Both the position numbers and the translations under genes were made by a program. The notes under the pieces were generated by a model. That model was given only the letters and a program-made list of their open reading frames with translations. It was not told the origin of the DNA and did no database searches. A stretch of 50,586 nucleotides of DNA, filler included, from Jimgerdemannia flammicorona (taxonomy: Eukaryota), in the NCBI GenBank assembly GCA_003990765.1. It is 2 parts of 2 records of this genome, joined end to end, with 100 filler letters (N's around TTAATTAATTAA, not from the genome) between each part and the next. Parts side by side here need not be neighbours in the genome. Positions count along the whole stretch, not along the records: positions 25,347 to 50,586 come from RBNJ01000863.1; 1 more part is not named here. One strand, given 5' to 3'. This document shows, in pieces, positions 38,684 to 50,351 of this stretch (within the stretch, counting starts at the first letter, position 1; every line of letters begins with the position of its first letter).

Positions 38684-41614
38684 GGCTACTGCAAGAATGG
38701 GGGGATGGATGGATACAATGAGTTTGGAGATTTTGGAACGGATGAATCGGATAACCGGTTGATTCACTTGTAGGAATCCTGTTTGATGAATGACAGGAAT
38801 GGATGGATGCTTACTTCGAGTGATTACTAGTGAAAGTGGGAGACGTAAAGATAGCTGGTAAACCAACGATGGAAGAGACCGATGCCCCGACCCTCGCATC
38901 TGATATATATACCCATTCGCGCTTTTAGGAGACAACGCCACAAAAAAAAATCTCCGACCCGGGTCTTTTTTTTTTTTTTTCGTTGTGCCTTTGTTTTGCT
39001 TTGATCTGGATCGGACCCGTGCGCTTCGTGCGTTTCGGTCAACGCACATCTGGCCTCCTTTTGATTATTTTTTTAAATCGGACATCAAACTTTGTAAAAG
39101 GAGAGTTTGAAGCGTGAAGCAGCAACATATTTAAACGCGTGTGACACTTTTCAAGCCGCAGGAGGGAAGGATGGTTGTCAGGTGGTATGCTTTTTTTTTT
39201 CTTCTGGAAGTGTGACTCAACCCACTGCCGCAGCAAAGCCGATAAGCCTCGTTTCATCCCTTGTCACTTCTCTTCTTATGTAGGGGTGATCCTGTCATGC
39301 AAAGCAAATAAACATGCATGGTTTGTCACTCCGAGAAACGCGCAACCTGAAACGCACCGCGATAATTTTTCATGCAAGTCGGAGGTGGAGTATATTTTTT
39401 TGACCTGTTTTTTCTGCCGCTTTGCCAAACTAGGTTATATGATGACGGCATCGCGCCCAGCGGCGCGAAGCTAACTGTATATGGAAATAATTTAGCTCGA
39501 CAAAGCCGACCTTGTGTAACGTCACCCCGTCGGACAAAAAAACTTTTCAGCAACACGCGAAGCTTTTCCCTCTTCGTTGTTTTGATTTGAAATCATATCC
39601 TCTACCGCGCGGCTTCGAAGCCTCGAGACCTCCCTTTGTGCAGATCATATTAATCCTGCATTCGTGCAGGCGCTCTGCAACCCCAGCCCCTATGTAAGTA
39701 AGCATCTTGAACACTTTGTAGATCAGAATACCACAGCCTTCGACCACGTAAAACATGATCGATCCGCGGTGTGTTGCATTGTGTCTGTCACAAGGGGCGT
39801 GAAAAATCCTGCGGTCGAAAATACGATTTTTTCCTCGAGGGGCTGTGCCACCCGAGGACGTTTTGACAGTCCGAATTTTTCCCTCTTCGTGCCTTGGGGC
39901 GGATCATCGTGTCAAGCGGGGGTTTTCTTTACTATCCGACGATGATATCCGTAGCCCCGCGGTATGTATGCCAACGGGGACGCGACAGGAGACGATGGAC
40001 CAATTTTGGCGGTATGTTATCCCATGACAGCAACGGGGAGGTGACGTCTCTTGAACTTTCAACTTACTTTTCGCTAACGTTGGTTTGAATCAATACAGGA
40101 AGTACATTAAGACGGAGTGCAAAAGAGCAAGTGCCTTTGATCTCAAGATGTCACGACCTGGACCATCCGAAAGAGACAACGACTCCAGCTTCTCTTTTGT
40201 TGGAATCTCGAGTAATAACAGTCGATAGCGATAAGTAACGATTAGGGAGAGAGTATGATACAGAACGCGCCTTAGAAAACGTTCCCAATTCTCTGTTCGA
40301 CCTATGGATACGGCGGATGGAAACGTAGGTATGTGCAACCAGAGATATTATCCGGAAATTGGCCAGAAATTTTGAAACACAGACCTAGGATAAATATCCT
40401 TCGCACAACAATCAGCAACGAAGCAAACTTCCCGGAAGCCACATCGTCTCTGGCGACGACAGCTCGTCCGCATGCTCTCCCCCTTGCTGTTCCACCATCA
40501 ACCACGACCTTTTCGATGCACTCTCGAGCTACCGGCAGCTCACGCACCTCCCTTCACGACGACGGGTGATGGCGTGCATACTGAACTGACTCATCTGCTT
40601 TGCGTGCCGCGGGCTAGGTGGGCGGGGAAAGAGGCCGAATTTCGTCGGCATGATGTTCACGGCGGAGTTTGAGGATGGAGCTTTTGAAGAAGCGCCAATA
40701 TTTGGGTTTGAGAGGGCTCGGAAGTCTCGTAGGTGACGGTGGTAGATGTCTCTCAACGGCGCGGACCGCGAGCGCTGGAAGGTTCACGATGGAGTTGCTG
40801 ATGTTACAGAGCTGTGGTTTTGCATGGATATACGCGTTTGACATCCATCAAGTATTGTTCTTCTCTTGAGGCACGTCTTCGAAAGTAGTTGGTGCGAAAA
40901 AACTTTGAAAGACCATGATATATTCAATAGTTGAGATTGGTAGAGGGGCGTGGTTTGAATCGGGTCGTTTACTAACCTCTTAACCTTTTTTGGCAGATTG
41001 CGTTGTTTCTATCAGCCAGACCGATTGATGCTTTCCCATCTGAATAAACTACTCGTCCTTCCTTCCTTACCACAAAGAGCTTTTCACATTTTGAGCTACG
41101 AACAAGACTGTGTCCTACTCGCCCACGCGAAAATCGATAGATCTAATGACCCCAAAGAAGGGAAAGGCAGACAAACACGACGATGCTATTTGAACAAGAG
41201 GTCCCGAGTAACAGAAGGATTTCGTCAAAAAGAGGAAACGGCAAGAAAAAACATGTCCATCTTGCGCAACAGCGAGGGTATAGTCCGTAATATTTACAAT
41301 TAGAAGGGCGCGACTTACGAGAAATGATAAAGGGAGAAGAAAGAAAAAAAAATAAAAATAAAAAAATGGCATTTTTGAAATAGAAATCTAAGGCGTAATT
41401 ACGAATAGCTTCCGCACACCCTTGTCAACGCATACAATGTCCTCCGTTCTTAATTCGTCATTTCCTTTTCTTTTTTGTATGTGTTTTCGCATCCAAACAA
41501 TGGATTTCATCTATATGTGATATATGTGATCCATCTTAACCTCAGTTCTATTCGTTCGCTCCCCCGACCCTCTTCTTTTTTAACTCCTTCACAATGATCC
41601 ACCCAGACCCCCCT

Positions 41615-42685
41615 TTACCGCGGATATACCGCATTGACTGCCGCCAACAGCACGAAGCACGTCGCGAACCCCACCACTACAGACGCAAATGTCTGTGTGC
41701 GGCCCGCGTACTGCATCGCCATGGGTACGAGTTCGTGCGCAGAAATAAACGTCATGACACCGGCAACGGAGGCGAGAAGCTCTGCGAGCAGCGCGTCGGT
41801 GAGGACAGACTGGAGCATGAAGCCCGCGACAACGACGCCGAAGGGCTCGAACAGACCGTTGATAAGGGTGAGCTGGAGGACCTGTCTACTGTTCCTTGTG
41901 GCGAGGTAGATAGGGATGGCAACTGCGACGCCCTCAGTCATGTTGTGAAGCATAATGACGATAGCCAGTGGAATGCCGAACTTAAGGTCCTTGAGGGTGG
42001 AAAGGTAGACGGACAGGCCCTCGAGGATGTTGTGCAGAGCCATGCCAATGAAGGTGACGAGCGAGGTTCGGACCATGCGCCGATGGTGCGTCTTGGCCTC
42101 TGAGGTGTGGGAGGTCGTGTGTACGCCGGCGGGCGAGGGAGCCATGCCGACGTTGTTGCCGGTTGATGCACCGAGCTCGACGAGTGCCGGGGAGGATGCG
42201 TCGTGTCCGATGGGCATGATGAGCATCTCCATGATCCACATACCGCCCATGCCGATACAAAACCAAATGAAGGTGAGCCATATTCCGACCTCGGCAGCGG
42301 ACTCGGGGAGGATGTCAAACAGAGAGAGGTAGATCATGACACCGGCGCTGAGACCCTGCATGCGACCCATGAAGATGGTCTGCGAGTTGCCTAGCGTTGA
42401 CTGGAAGTCGGACTTGATTGAAATGGAGACACCGTGCGAGCCGGGCCGCTTGCTGCTAGCATTGTTTTGCTGGTCATTGAGATCCCCCGCGAGCGGTTCG
42501 TACTCGTGGTTGCCGTTCCCATTGGATCCGTTCGAGCGTGATTTATGCGTGAATACGACGATAAGGCCACCGATCCCCGTTCCCAAACCTGCGAAGAGGG
42601 CGAGGAGAAAGGCGATAACGGCGTTGCTCGCTGTGTCGTCAGACAATCCATTGGAGAGGTCATTCGTGCTGTTGGGGTTATCCAT
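41615..42685 (-). CDS. ZIP-family zinc/iron transporter (ZupT/GufA-like), intronless
   Basis: 356-aa ORF with multiple TM helices, LSAGVMIYLS, HNILEG and HNMTEG metal-site motifs, His-containing TM3-4 loop, ELVP. Confidence 0.92.
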   Translation of the reverse strand: MDNPNSTNDLSNGLSDDTASNAVIAFLLALFAGLGTGIGGLIVVFTHKSRSNGSNGNGNHEYEPLAGDLNDQQNNASSKRPGSHGVSISIKSDFQSTLGNSQTIFMGRMQGLSAGVMIYLSLFDILPESAAEVGIWLTFIWFCIGMGGMWIMEMLIMPIGHDASSPALVELGASTGNNVGMAPSPAGVHTTSHTSEAKTHHRRMVRTSLVTFIGMALHNILEGLSVYLSTLKDLKFGIPLAIVIMLHNMTEGVAVAIPIYLATRNSRQVLQLTLINGLFEPFGVVVAGFMLQSVLTDALLAELLASVAGVMTFISAHELVPMAMQYAGRTQTFASVVVGFATCFVLLAAVNAVYPR

Positions 42686-43428
42686 TGAGAAGAATGGATG
42701 GCTGAGTGGCTGCGGTGGATGCCGGAAGGTGAATAGGTCGTCAGATGAGAGGGACAGACCGAGATGGGAAGAGGCTCTTGGTAGAGAGTGGGTCAGGGGT
42801 GTTGAAGTCGACGCGTCACGTGGGGTCAGGTGCAGTCAAAGGGGCATCAATGACTGACAATTTGTTCGATTATTGTATATCCATTACCATGCGAGACAAA
42901 ATACAACAAAAACTCAATTCTAAAAATGGCATTTTCGATATACATCGAACCGATGATGTCATTTAAACGTCAGCAGTGCACAATCTCACCGTAAAACTAT
43001 GTATATTACCCTCCGCTTGGACAAAAAAAAAGGGGGAACCAGTCTATCTACACATCCAACGTCGTTTTGTTTCATGATCGATGGTATCTCGGACACTCGG
43101 GTTGCGATTTACAATGGAGAAAGGGGAGATTTGTTTACATGGAATAAATCACACGATGGGCGGGGAGGAAGGAACGATTGCAATGCAGGTACCAAAAGAA
43201 GTAACATGAAGGGGATCCAGAGAACTGAACGCGGAAGCTACCGCGGAAGAGATCGACGCCTATATCGAACAACCAAGGCCGACAGCAGGAATGGCCAACT
43301 CGCCACCGATACCAAAAAGAAAACAATGTCCATATAGTTGTCACCCTGTATATCTCTCCAACTCACGGGGCCATCTCCACGTATCATCACAGCCGTACTG
43401 GTTGCCGCATCCGCCTCCCTAACGATCC

Positions 43429-45192
43429 TCAACTCCCCAGTCGCTTATACCCCGGCAGGCCATACCTATTCTTGAATGGCCCAAAGTTCCTCGCTTGAAG
43501 TTCCTCCGCGACGTTCGACGACGTAACCACATGCCGTGGCAGCCCGAATTCATCAAGTGCGGGACACCCGGCCAAGGCGCGCCTGACTACCTCAGGCTCG
43601 ACAAGCGGACATCTGTGCAGCGAGAGTGTTGTCATGATCGGCCACTTGAACGCATCAGACGCATCGTCGACGGGGTCTGCGGGGACTGGCTTTTGCTCGA
43701 TGATGATGGGAGCAGACTTTGAATCCATAAACGAGGCGGGCCTGGTCCCGACGGCGATGGAAGGGACCCTTGTTTCAATGAACGAAGCGGGTCTGGCCCC
43801 GAAGGTTGGCTTCAGGTTGACCTCGAATGCAGGCCTCAAGCTTGTCTCTATGAACGAAGCGGGCCTGGCCCCAACGACGATGGATGGTTGCCTTGTCTCG
43901 ATGAACGAGGTAGGCCTGGCCCCGAAAGCCGGCTTCAGGTTGGCCTCGAAGGCGGACCTCACCCCCGCGACCTGTTTCACACCCACGCCCACGGTCTGTC
44001 TAGTTACCGTTGTGGGCCTTGTGGATGGCCCCGCAGCAGTCTCGAGCCACTCGCGTTTGCGTGCGAGGACGCGGAGTTGAGCGGGGTCGGTGATGGGTTG
44101 GCAGGTGAGTTTCGGGCATCCGACAAGGTTGAGCTCCATGAGTTTTGGTGTGGATGTGGCAAGGAAGTGAAAGAAAAAGTCATTAACGACCTCACTGTGC
44201 TGGATGGTGAGGGAGTTCATGTAGCGGCAACGAGAGAAGAGATGGGCGAGGGAGGCAACTGGTGCAACGTGGTCCTGGCCGGGGAGGCGGCGCCAGTTGA
44301 CGATAGTGAGATCCTCGAGGCGTGAGCAGGACATGGCGAGGCTGAGAAGAACGTTGGGCGTATCGTAGAAGGGGCCCTTGGAGGTACTACTCAGCGTGAA
44401 GTCGCCGAAGATGATCGAGGTGAGATTAGGGAAGCATTCGACCGCGGAGGCGAGCATGTGCGAGGAATGTAATGAGCCAATGAGCCGCAGGTCCTTCAAC
44501 TTCGTGCAGAGGCTGATTGGTGGCAGGTCGTCGTTGTCAAGGGTGATCCCCGAAAACGCGAGCTCCTCGAGCTGGGGCGCCGTACGCTCTAGTATGGACA
44601 TCCATGATCGCTTGACGTGCAGGTTGCTGAGCGCGCGATCACCAACGTGAAGGAACGCCAATTTCTCGCAATAAGCGGCTATGCTGTTGAGGAACAGGTC
44701 GAGCTCAGGGTTAGGAGTAGATGGGGTGGGTCTGGACTGCAGGGTTCGGAGGGGCGGAAGTTCCAGAGGCCCGAGCGACAGTGTCTCGAGCGAGAGCATC
44801 TGGAATATCTGCAGGATAGGCGCACCTGGGAGCACCTTTCTCACGTCGCAAATGATACCCTCGACTTTGGACGGGTGTGGCAGCTGGAGCACCCTCGCCC
44901 GCGTCAGCAGCTTTGCGAGCCGCTGGGCGTCCTGGTCGGTGAAGGAGTCGAGCTTCAGTAGGACGGCGCCGGACTCGATGGTGATGCGGGGGTAGGCCAC
45001 GGCGTTCCACTTTTTGGAGACGAGAAGGCAGGAGAAAAGGGCCAGGAAGTCCTCGGCGCTGTCCTCATGATTGAAGAAGCCGAAGACATGATCGAGGATC
45101 TCTGGCGGGAGGTGGGGTCGATGGACTCGTGGGAGGTGGATGGTGGTGGGCCTCGGTTTGGTTGACTTGCTGGGCCATGGCCATTGCCTCAT
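43429..45192 (-). CDS. F-box/LRR protein, intronless, with an internal repeat insertion
   Basis: 587-aa ORF; F-box HLPPEILDHVF...CLLVSKKWN; LRR-like units (CEKLAFLHV, CTKLKDLRL, FPNLTSI, CSRLEDLTI, PKLMELNLVGCPKLT). Confidence 0.85.
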   Translation of the reverse strand: MRQWPWPSKSTKPRPTTIHLPRVHRPHLPPEILDHVFGFFNHEDSAEDFLALFSCLLVSKKWNAVAYPRITIESGAVLLKLDSFTDQDAQRLAKLLTRARVLQLPHPSKVEGIICDVRKVLPGAPILQIFQMLSLETLSLGPLELPPLRTLQSRPTPSTPNPELDLFLNSIAAYCEKLAFLHVGDRALSNLHVKRSWMSILERTAPQLEELAFSGITLDNDDLPPISLCTKLKDLRLIGSLHSSHMLASAVECFPNLTSIIFGDFTLSSTSKGPFYDTPNVLLSLAMSCSRLEDLTIVNWRRLPGQDHVAPVASLAHLFSRCRYMNSLTIQHSEVVNDFFFHFLATSTPKLMELNLVGCPKLTCQPITDPAQLRVLARKREWLETAAGPSTRPTTVTRQTVGVGVKQVAGVRSAFEANLKPAFGARPTSFIETRQPSIVVGARPASFIETSLRPAFEVNLKPTFGARPASFIETRVPSIAVGTRPASFMDSKSAPIIIEQKPVPADPVDDASDAFKWPIMTTLSLHRCPLVEPEVVRRALAGCPALDEFGLPRHVVTSSNVAEELQARNFGPFKNRYGLPGYKRLGS

Positions 45193-45859
45193 GAATAGTA
45201 GCTGAGAGTGATGTAATGGCTAATGTGATGGGCTCGCGAGAAGCAGCACGCGGATTGTCGGAGACGAAAGTTTAGGTGGGTCGGAGGTGAAAGGGGGAGA
45301 GAGTGGGACAAGGAGAAGCCAAGAACAAACAAGAGACACACATGGCCTGTAGCTCTTAAAAGTTGGCTGTGCTGACATCACGAAACCCTGCCTATGTTGG
45401 TTCGCTTTCATGTTTAACACGACAGCCAATGTCCAACAAAAACCCCGATCTCTCGTTGCGGTGCGTGTTACCTTGCCAAATTGGGAAATTGGCTTTACCA
45501 CTCAGCCATCGCCCAACGAAATTGTTTTATTATAATTATAATCCACACCCATTGAATTCATCAACCACCCGTTCGATAATCTATATAATTAGTCCACCAC
45601 CGCTGTTGCCACCAAAAAATGAATTTCCCATAAGGTTTCACCTACCTAAACAATAGTCACGGCATCTCTGATAAAGTCATTAATTGACACATTCGCCATA
45701 TCTCTGACACTTGCGCCAGCGAGTGTAACGCCCTGTGGTGGCGGCTTCTGCACAAGTCAAAAGCGAGCGGGAGTTAGGCGCGGGTCCTGCCGGACTGAGA
45801 CAGCTGTTTAGGAACTGCGGCGTGGATAGGGAGTGTGGCAAAACGGTATTGTTAATGTA

Positions 45860-46448
45860 CAGTGTACCCAACCTATAAACCTGAAGGAATAGAATATTAT
45901 AAAGAAGAAGATATCAAAAACAAAATCCATAGAATGATTCTTTAATTGATTTATTATAATTCTATAGATTTAGACCTTTATGTAGCTCTTCTTTCTATTA
46001 AGCTTATTTTATTTTATTTTATTATTTTTTTTATTTTATTTTATTTTTTTTTATTTTTTTTTTTATTCTATTAGACTATGACCAAAGTCCCAAGTTACTC
46101 AAAAAGGAAATCACTGTATAAATTTTATAATACTATATAAATTTATAATATAATAATAATAATTAGTATTTATCATTTATCTTTATCTGTCTATTTTGAG
46201 ATATATTAAATAATAATTAAGAACTTATTATCAATTTATTTATTTATATTTATATTTTATATATTATAAATTTAATAATTAGAATAATTTTTTTTTTTTT
46301 TATATTTAAAAGATATTTTAGTATATTTATAAATAGTTAATAATTTAAAAAATAAGTCAAATATCTTAATTATTATTACTATTTTATTAGAAACTCTTTA
46401 AAATTACTAAACTCTTATAAAATACTATATAAAGACTAATATATATAT
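45860..46448. mobile_element. Extremely AT-rich decayed element, possibly a Tc1/mariner/pogo-type end
   Basis: TA followed by CAGTGTACCC at 45858-45869 coincides with the shift to very AT-rich, CpG-free sequence. No second TIR found. Confidence 0.35.
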
Positions 46449-48346
46449 TGTAACAGTAACCTTAGAATAATGACATTAATACAGGAGATAGTCTTTTCTT
46501 GCAAGTCACTAGATTGGAGTACAAGAAGATCATATAGTATATAAGATGAGTAATGATGACCAACTATAAGTCATTGTGATCACAGTATAGATATCTTGAG
46601 AAATATAAAAGAAGGATCAAGAAACTGCAGTAGCAGTAACTAACAAGACCCACCAATCCCAAAATAGCTCAAAGACTTACTATAAACAAAATACCTACTG
46701 CTCACCAAACCTCAAGATCAAAGAACTATTAAGGTACCTTAGTTGAAGAAAGGATGTTCTAAGATATCAGAAGAGTCATAAGGACTTACTCAAGAAGGAC
46801 TTCTAGTATCAATCTGAGTACTAGTGATCCTTATTATTATATTCTCTACTGCCATAAAATGGAAATAAGGATCACCATTACTATCAAATACCTCCAAATG
46901 TAGCAGGAGTATAAAATAGGAAACCTTCTCTGTTGGGAGTTTTCACCTCAAGAGCTATAAGATATTACTTCCATAGATATATATGAAACAAGGACAGCTA
47001 AGAAGATCTATCAAATCTTCAGACATATACTATAGTTGATCCCCAACTTAGAGTATGTTAGAGTCTCAGACTTCAGAGATCTATCAGCCCACCATATTAA
47101 TACACTAGAAGCCAGGGTGGCTATAGAAGCTCAGTCTACTATTACTCTTAATAATGATGAAGTAGAAGACTTCTGGCATTCCATCCTCTAGGAAAAACCA
47201 GACCAATTCCTGCAAGAATTGATCTCAGTATTCCAAGGCCCAAGCATCCAGATTAGACCTCTCCAAGAGCTCACATTTGTCCCCTATTTTATAGAAGAGA
47301 ATCTTATAGACTGGAGAGTTCCAGACCTCCTTATTCCCACTGCTACTGAATATGATGACATCATCAGTAATGACATCATCCTGCATAATATATACAAGAT
47401 ACATGATATATACAAAACATGTGATCTATATGATGACAATGAATTCACAGACCTTATCTTCTTTAAAGACATTCTGACCTCTAATGAGAATGAAGCCTCT
47501 ATAGTCTTAAACATTCTGCTCTAAAGTCCTTTAGTGATACTGAATTATGTCAGCACTAGTATTCTGATGTGATACTGAATTATTCCAGCACCATTTTTCT
47601 GTATTACTGAAATTATACTAGTATTCTGATCTTGTATAACTATTTATGTCAACCCTAGAACTTAGCAGTTTTTCCTGTTCTGGCATTTTATTTTAATTAT
47701 TGAAATTTATATTTAGCTTTATATCTTAGCAATCATTGAATTATATTTGATATCAGTTTCTCTCAGTGCAATATATACACTTCCTTGCAAGCAATCTAAG
47801 AGACAACAAGATAGTTTAAAGATAAGAAGTTTGAGGACTATAAGACCTTGGGAAGACACTCCAATAAGAACTTACTTATAATAAACTTGAGTTAGTTTAA
47901 GAGATATACCTTGAAGAGAATCTGATATATTTGAAGAACTCAGTGACCACTATGTGACAACTTGGTGTCCATTGGCTGGTAATTCAAGACAAATCCCTCA
48001 CTTTCAAGCTAAAAAATGAATAACCTCCACAATAACTACTCTGACTACAAGAGTTACCCCTGTAAGAATTCAAGATAAGATAGAAATGTATCTCTTCACA
48101 TTCTATAGATATACTACTAAAGAGTCAATTTTGACCTTCATTGAAGACTTTGAACAATTTACCACCATATGAGCTCTTGGTGTAGATGCACAATTGGCCC
48201 TTCTACCAGTCAGCCTCAGAGGACCTACTAGAGACAAGTTCAATGCAGCCACTATTGCTGATAATAGTACAGCCAAACTTACCAATATAAAGGCCTTCCT
48301 CAGAACAACATACTATATCAAAGAGATTAAGCAAGCTCTCAAGGAT
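46449..48346 (+). mobile_element. Decayed LTR retrotransposon A: ~1.5-kb LTR-like segment, PBS-like site and gag start
   Basis: TGTAACA (46449) ... TGTGACA (47953-47959) imperfect inverted termini, then ACT-TGG PBS-like site (47963). Gag-like relic ESILTFIEDFEQF..*ALGVDAQLALLPVSLRGPTRDKF (~48070-48346). CpG-free. Confidence 0.6.
46859..47524 (+). pseudogene. Unknown-family ORF relic inside LTR-like segment A
   Basis: Single frame with 4 internal TAG/TAA stops; homologous to 49255-49815. Confidence 0.7.
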
Positions 48347-48934
48347 CACGTCTCTTTCCAGTACCATTCAGGTTACACAACCTTTGGAAGGCACTTTCAA
48401 CATCGTTTTCAGCAAAAGGAGACTAACAACATGGCAACCGACAGACAACCTGAGGTGTGTACTGGGCAGGGCGGCCCTAGCACTTTCGACTGGCAGCAGG
48501 TGGGGAGGGGGCCAGGCCTGGGGGGAGGTATGAGGGGCCTGCTGGTGGGTGGACATAGAAGGGGTGGAGGAGGTGGGGGAGGATCAGGATCTGGGAGGGC
48601 AAGCTTCGCAGAGATGGTGAAGGGGAGACAGCAGGCATCAGGGCTGGAGGGCTGGCTAAAGAAGAGTAAGGAGACCGAGAAGGCAATGGTGCCGGGGGGT
48701 GCGGCCCTTGGAAGGGGGGCAGTAGAGCTGTGGGAGTAGTGGCTGGGGGGGGTGTGACTGCTGATGGTGTTGGGACTGTTGATCTGGAAAAAAATCCAGA
48801 TGTGATGGCTGATGGCGAGGCTGAGCAGCTGAGGCTTAGAAGGCAAGGGGACTTAGTGGATGGTGTAACAGATCTGGCGGTAGCTCCATTACTCAAGAAA
48901 TCGATTTTGGCATTCGTGGTCACACTATGCTTCC
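48347..48934 (+). mobile_element. 5' end of a probable non-LTR retrotransposon (LINE ORF1-like)
   Basis: Abrupt switch to GC-rich sequence; ATG 48431 MATDRQPEV..., Gly-rich stretch then ASFAEMVKG, resembling the SF/YAxxV motif common in LINE ORF1 N-termini. Cut off at 48934. Confidence 0.45.
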
Positions 48935-48951
48935 TGTAAGTGCACAACCTC

Positions 48952-49063
48952 CAAGCCACCGAAATTACACGTCACCCTCTGAACAAGCCACCGAAATTAC
49001 ACATCACCCTCTGAACAAGCCACTGAAATCACACGCGACCTCCAAACAAATCTGGAAATCACC
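48952..49063 (+). repeat. 32-bp tandem repeat, 3-3.5 copies
   Basis: CAAGCCACCGAAATTACAC(G/A)TCACCCTCTGAA repeated with increasing divergence. Confidence 0.9.
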
Positions 49064-49254
49064 TGCTTGATCATGAAGCTGAGTCAAACCGAAGTCATAG
49101 CGCATAAAGCTAAGTCAATATGAAGTCACGGAACACAAGATCTACACAAACAGAACCTTACCAATCAGGACCAAATGCATATATACTGAGCACCGAGACG
49201 TGTCGAATCAGAGAACTAAAACAAACAACAACTACAACTTCCAAACACACAAAT

Positions 49255-49815
49255 ATGACCACTGAGATCTACAACCGCATCCGCGCTGACATTTGGAATG
49301 CCATTATCAACCGAGCTACACCCCCTCTGCCCCTTATGAATATCCATAGCCTGGCCCCCCTCTACTTCGTGGAAGCCTGATGGAATGCCCTGAACATGCT
49401 TAGCGAGGCCAACCGAATCGGACAAATCTCAAGCTACTATCAGATCGGCCGCCTCTTGGAAGACATGGTCGAACACCACCACGATACAGACATGACCCAG
49501 ATGTCTCAATACCAGAAGCTCATCGCCCGCAAACATCGAGAACTCTTCTATGAGTACAACACCTTTATTCCCCACCTCCGAGTTACTACTAGCGAAATGA
49601 TTGCTACCCTGTCCTATGGCCAAATCGATGACATGATACAAGAAATCAACCACAAGTACCTCGAGTATGTCGAAACCACAGACAGAATCTTCCCGCACCC
49701 CGATGACCATATCCTGCAAATGCCTCAAGTCGAATACGCCATGAAGGACATCTATGATATAATCCACTTCGAGAAGACGAAGCAGAAGACAATGATCCCT
49801 CTGACGCCGACATGA
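49255..49815 (+). pseudogene. Unknown-family ORF1 of segment B (one in-frame TGA at 49378-49380)
   Basis: MTTEIYNRIRADIWNAII...VEA*WNALNMLSEANRIGQISSYYQIGRLL...IPLTPT in one frame. Confidence 0.7.
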
Positions 49816-50351
49816 CCTCTAGCCAAGGATCTCTGCCAACCCTGATCACTCTGTCAACCTTGCCGATGAACTTATAACAGTTCATAACTACATACAAGAC
49901 TTATTGGGACAATGACCACTGGCATGAATACCAACCTGCATTCACTCCCGACTACTTCAACTATAATGAAGAGACCGGAGAACACAACCTGTACCTCCAG
50001 ACAACCCTCGAGATTGAACCAACAATGCCACCACCTGAGTACAAGCAACTTGAACCACAGCCGCCAGCTTACTACAACCCTGCGACTCATAGTGCTGTAA
50101 CCTATAGAAGGTACGCAGATAGCGAATCCGATGAAAGCGAAGACAGTACACCCATCCTTCGCCCAGCAACACCTTACCCAGCATACGAAACAGATGATGC
50201 TATCCTGTGGAATGGAGATGAAGTCCCAATGTATTACTACCTCAGCCAACAAGGAGAAGTAATCCGCGAACCACTCTTCCTAGATGACTACTTCATCAGA
50301 GATGATACAATCGATGGTGATGTTATCGAGGACTACCCAGATAGTGCCTAA
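49812..50351 (+). pseudogene. Acidic Pro/Tyr-rich ORF2 of segment B (one in-frame TAA at 49875-49877)
   Basis: ATG overlaps the ORF1 stop (ATGA); same frame as the 50025-50351 ORF; contains PPEY and PPAY. Confidence 0.6.

Noticed and set aside
40090..41303. Several 60-100-aa ORFs between TEF1 and the ZIP gene
   Set aside because: No motifs or consistent frame; treated as intergenic, although a decayed gene cannot be excluded.
47963..47985. Assigning the PBS-like site to a specific tRNA, including the local tRNA-Arg
   Set aside because: Not complementary to the tRNA-Arg(ACG) 3' end and too mutated to assign by eye.
48194..48739. 181-aa ORF as a single gene
   Set aside because: Chance in-frame read-through across the gag/LINE-like junction at ~48347, where base composition changes sharply.
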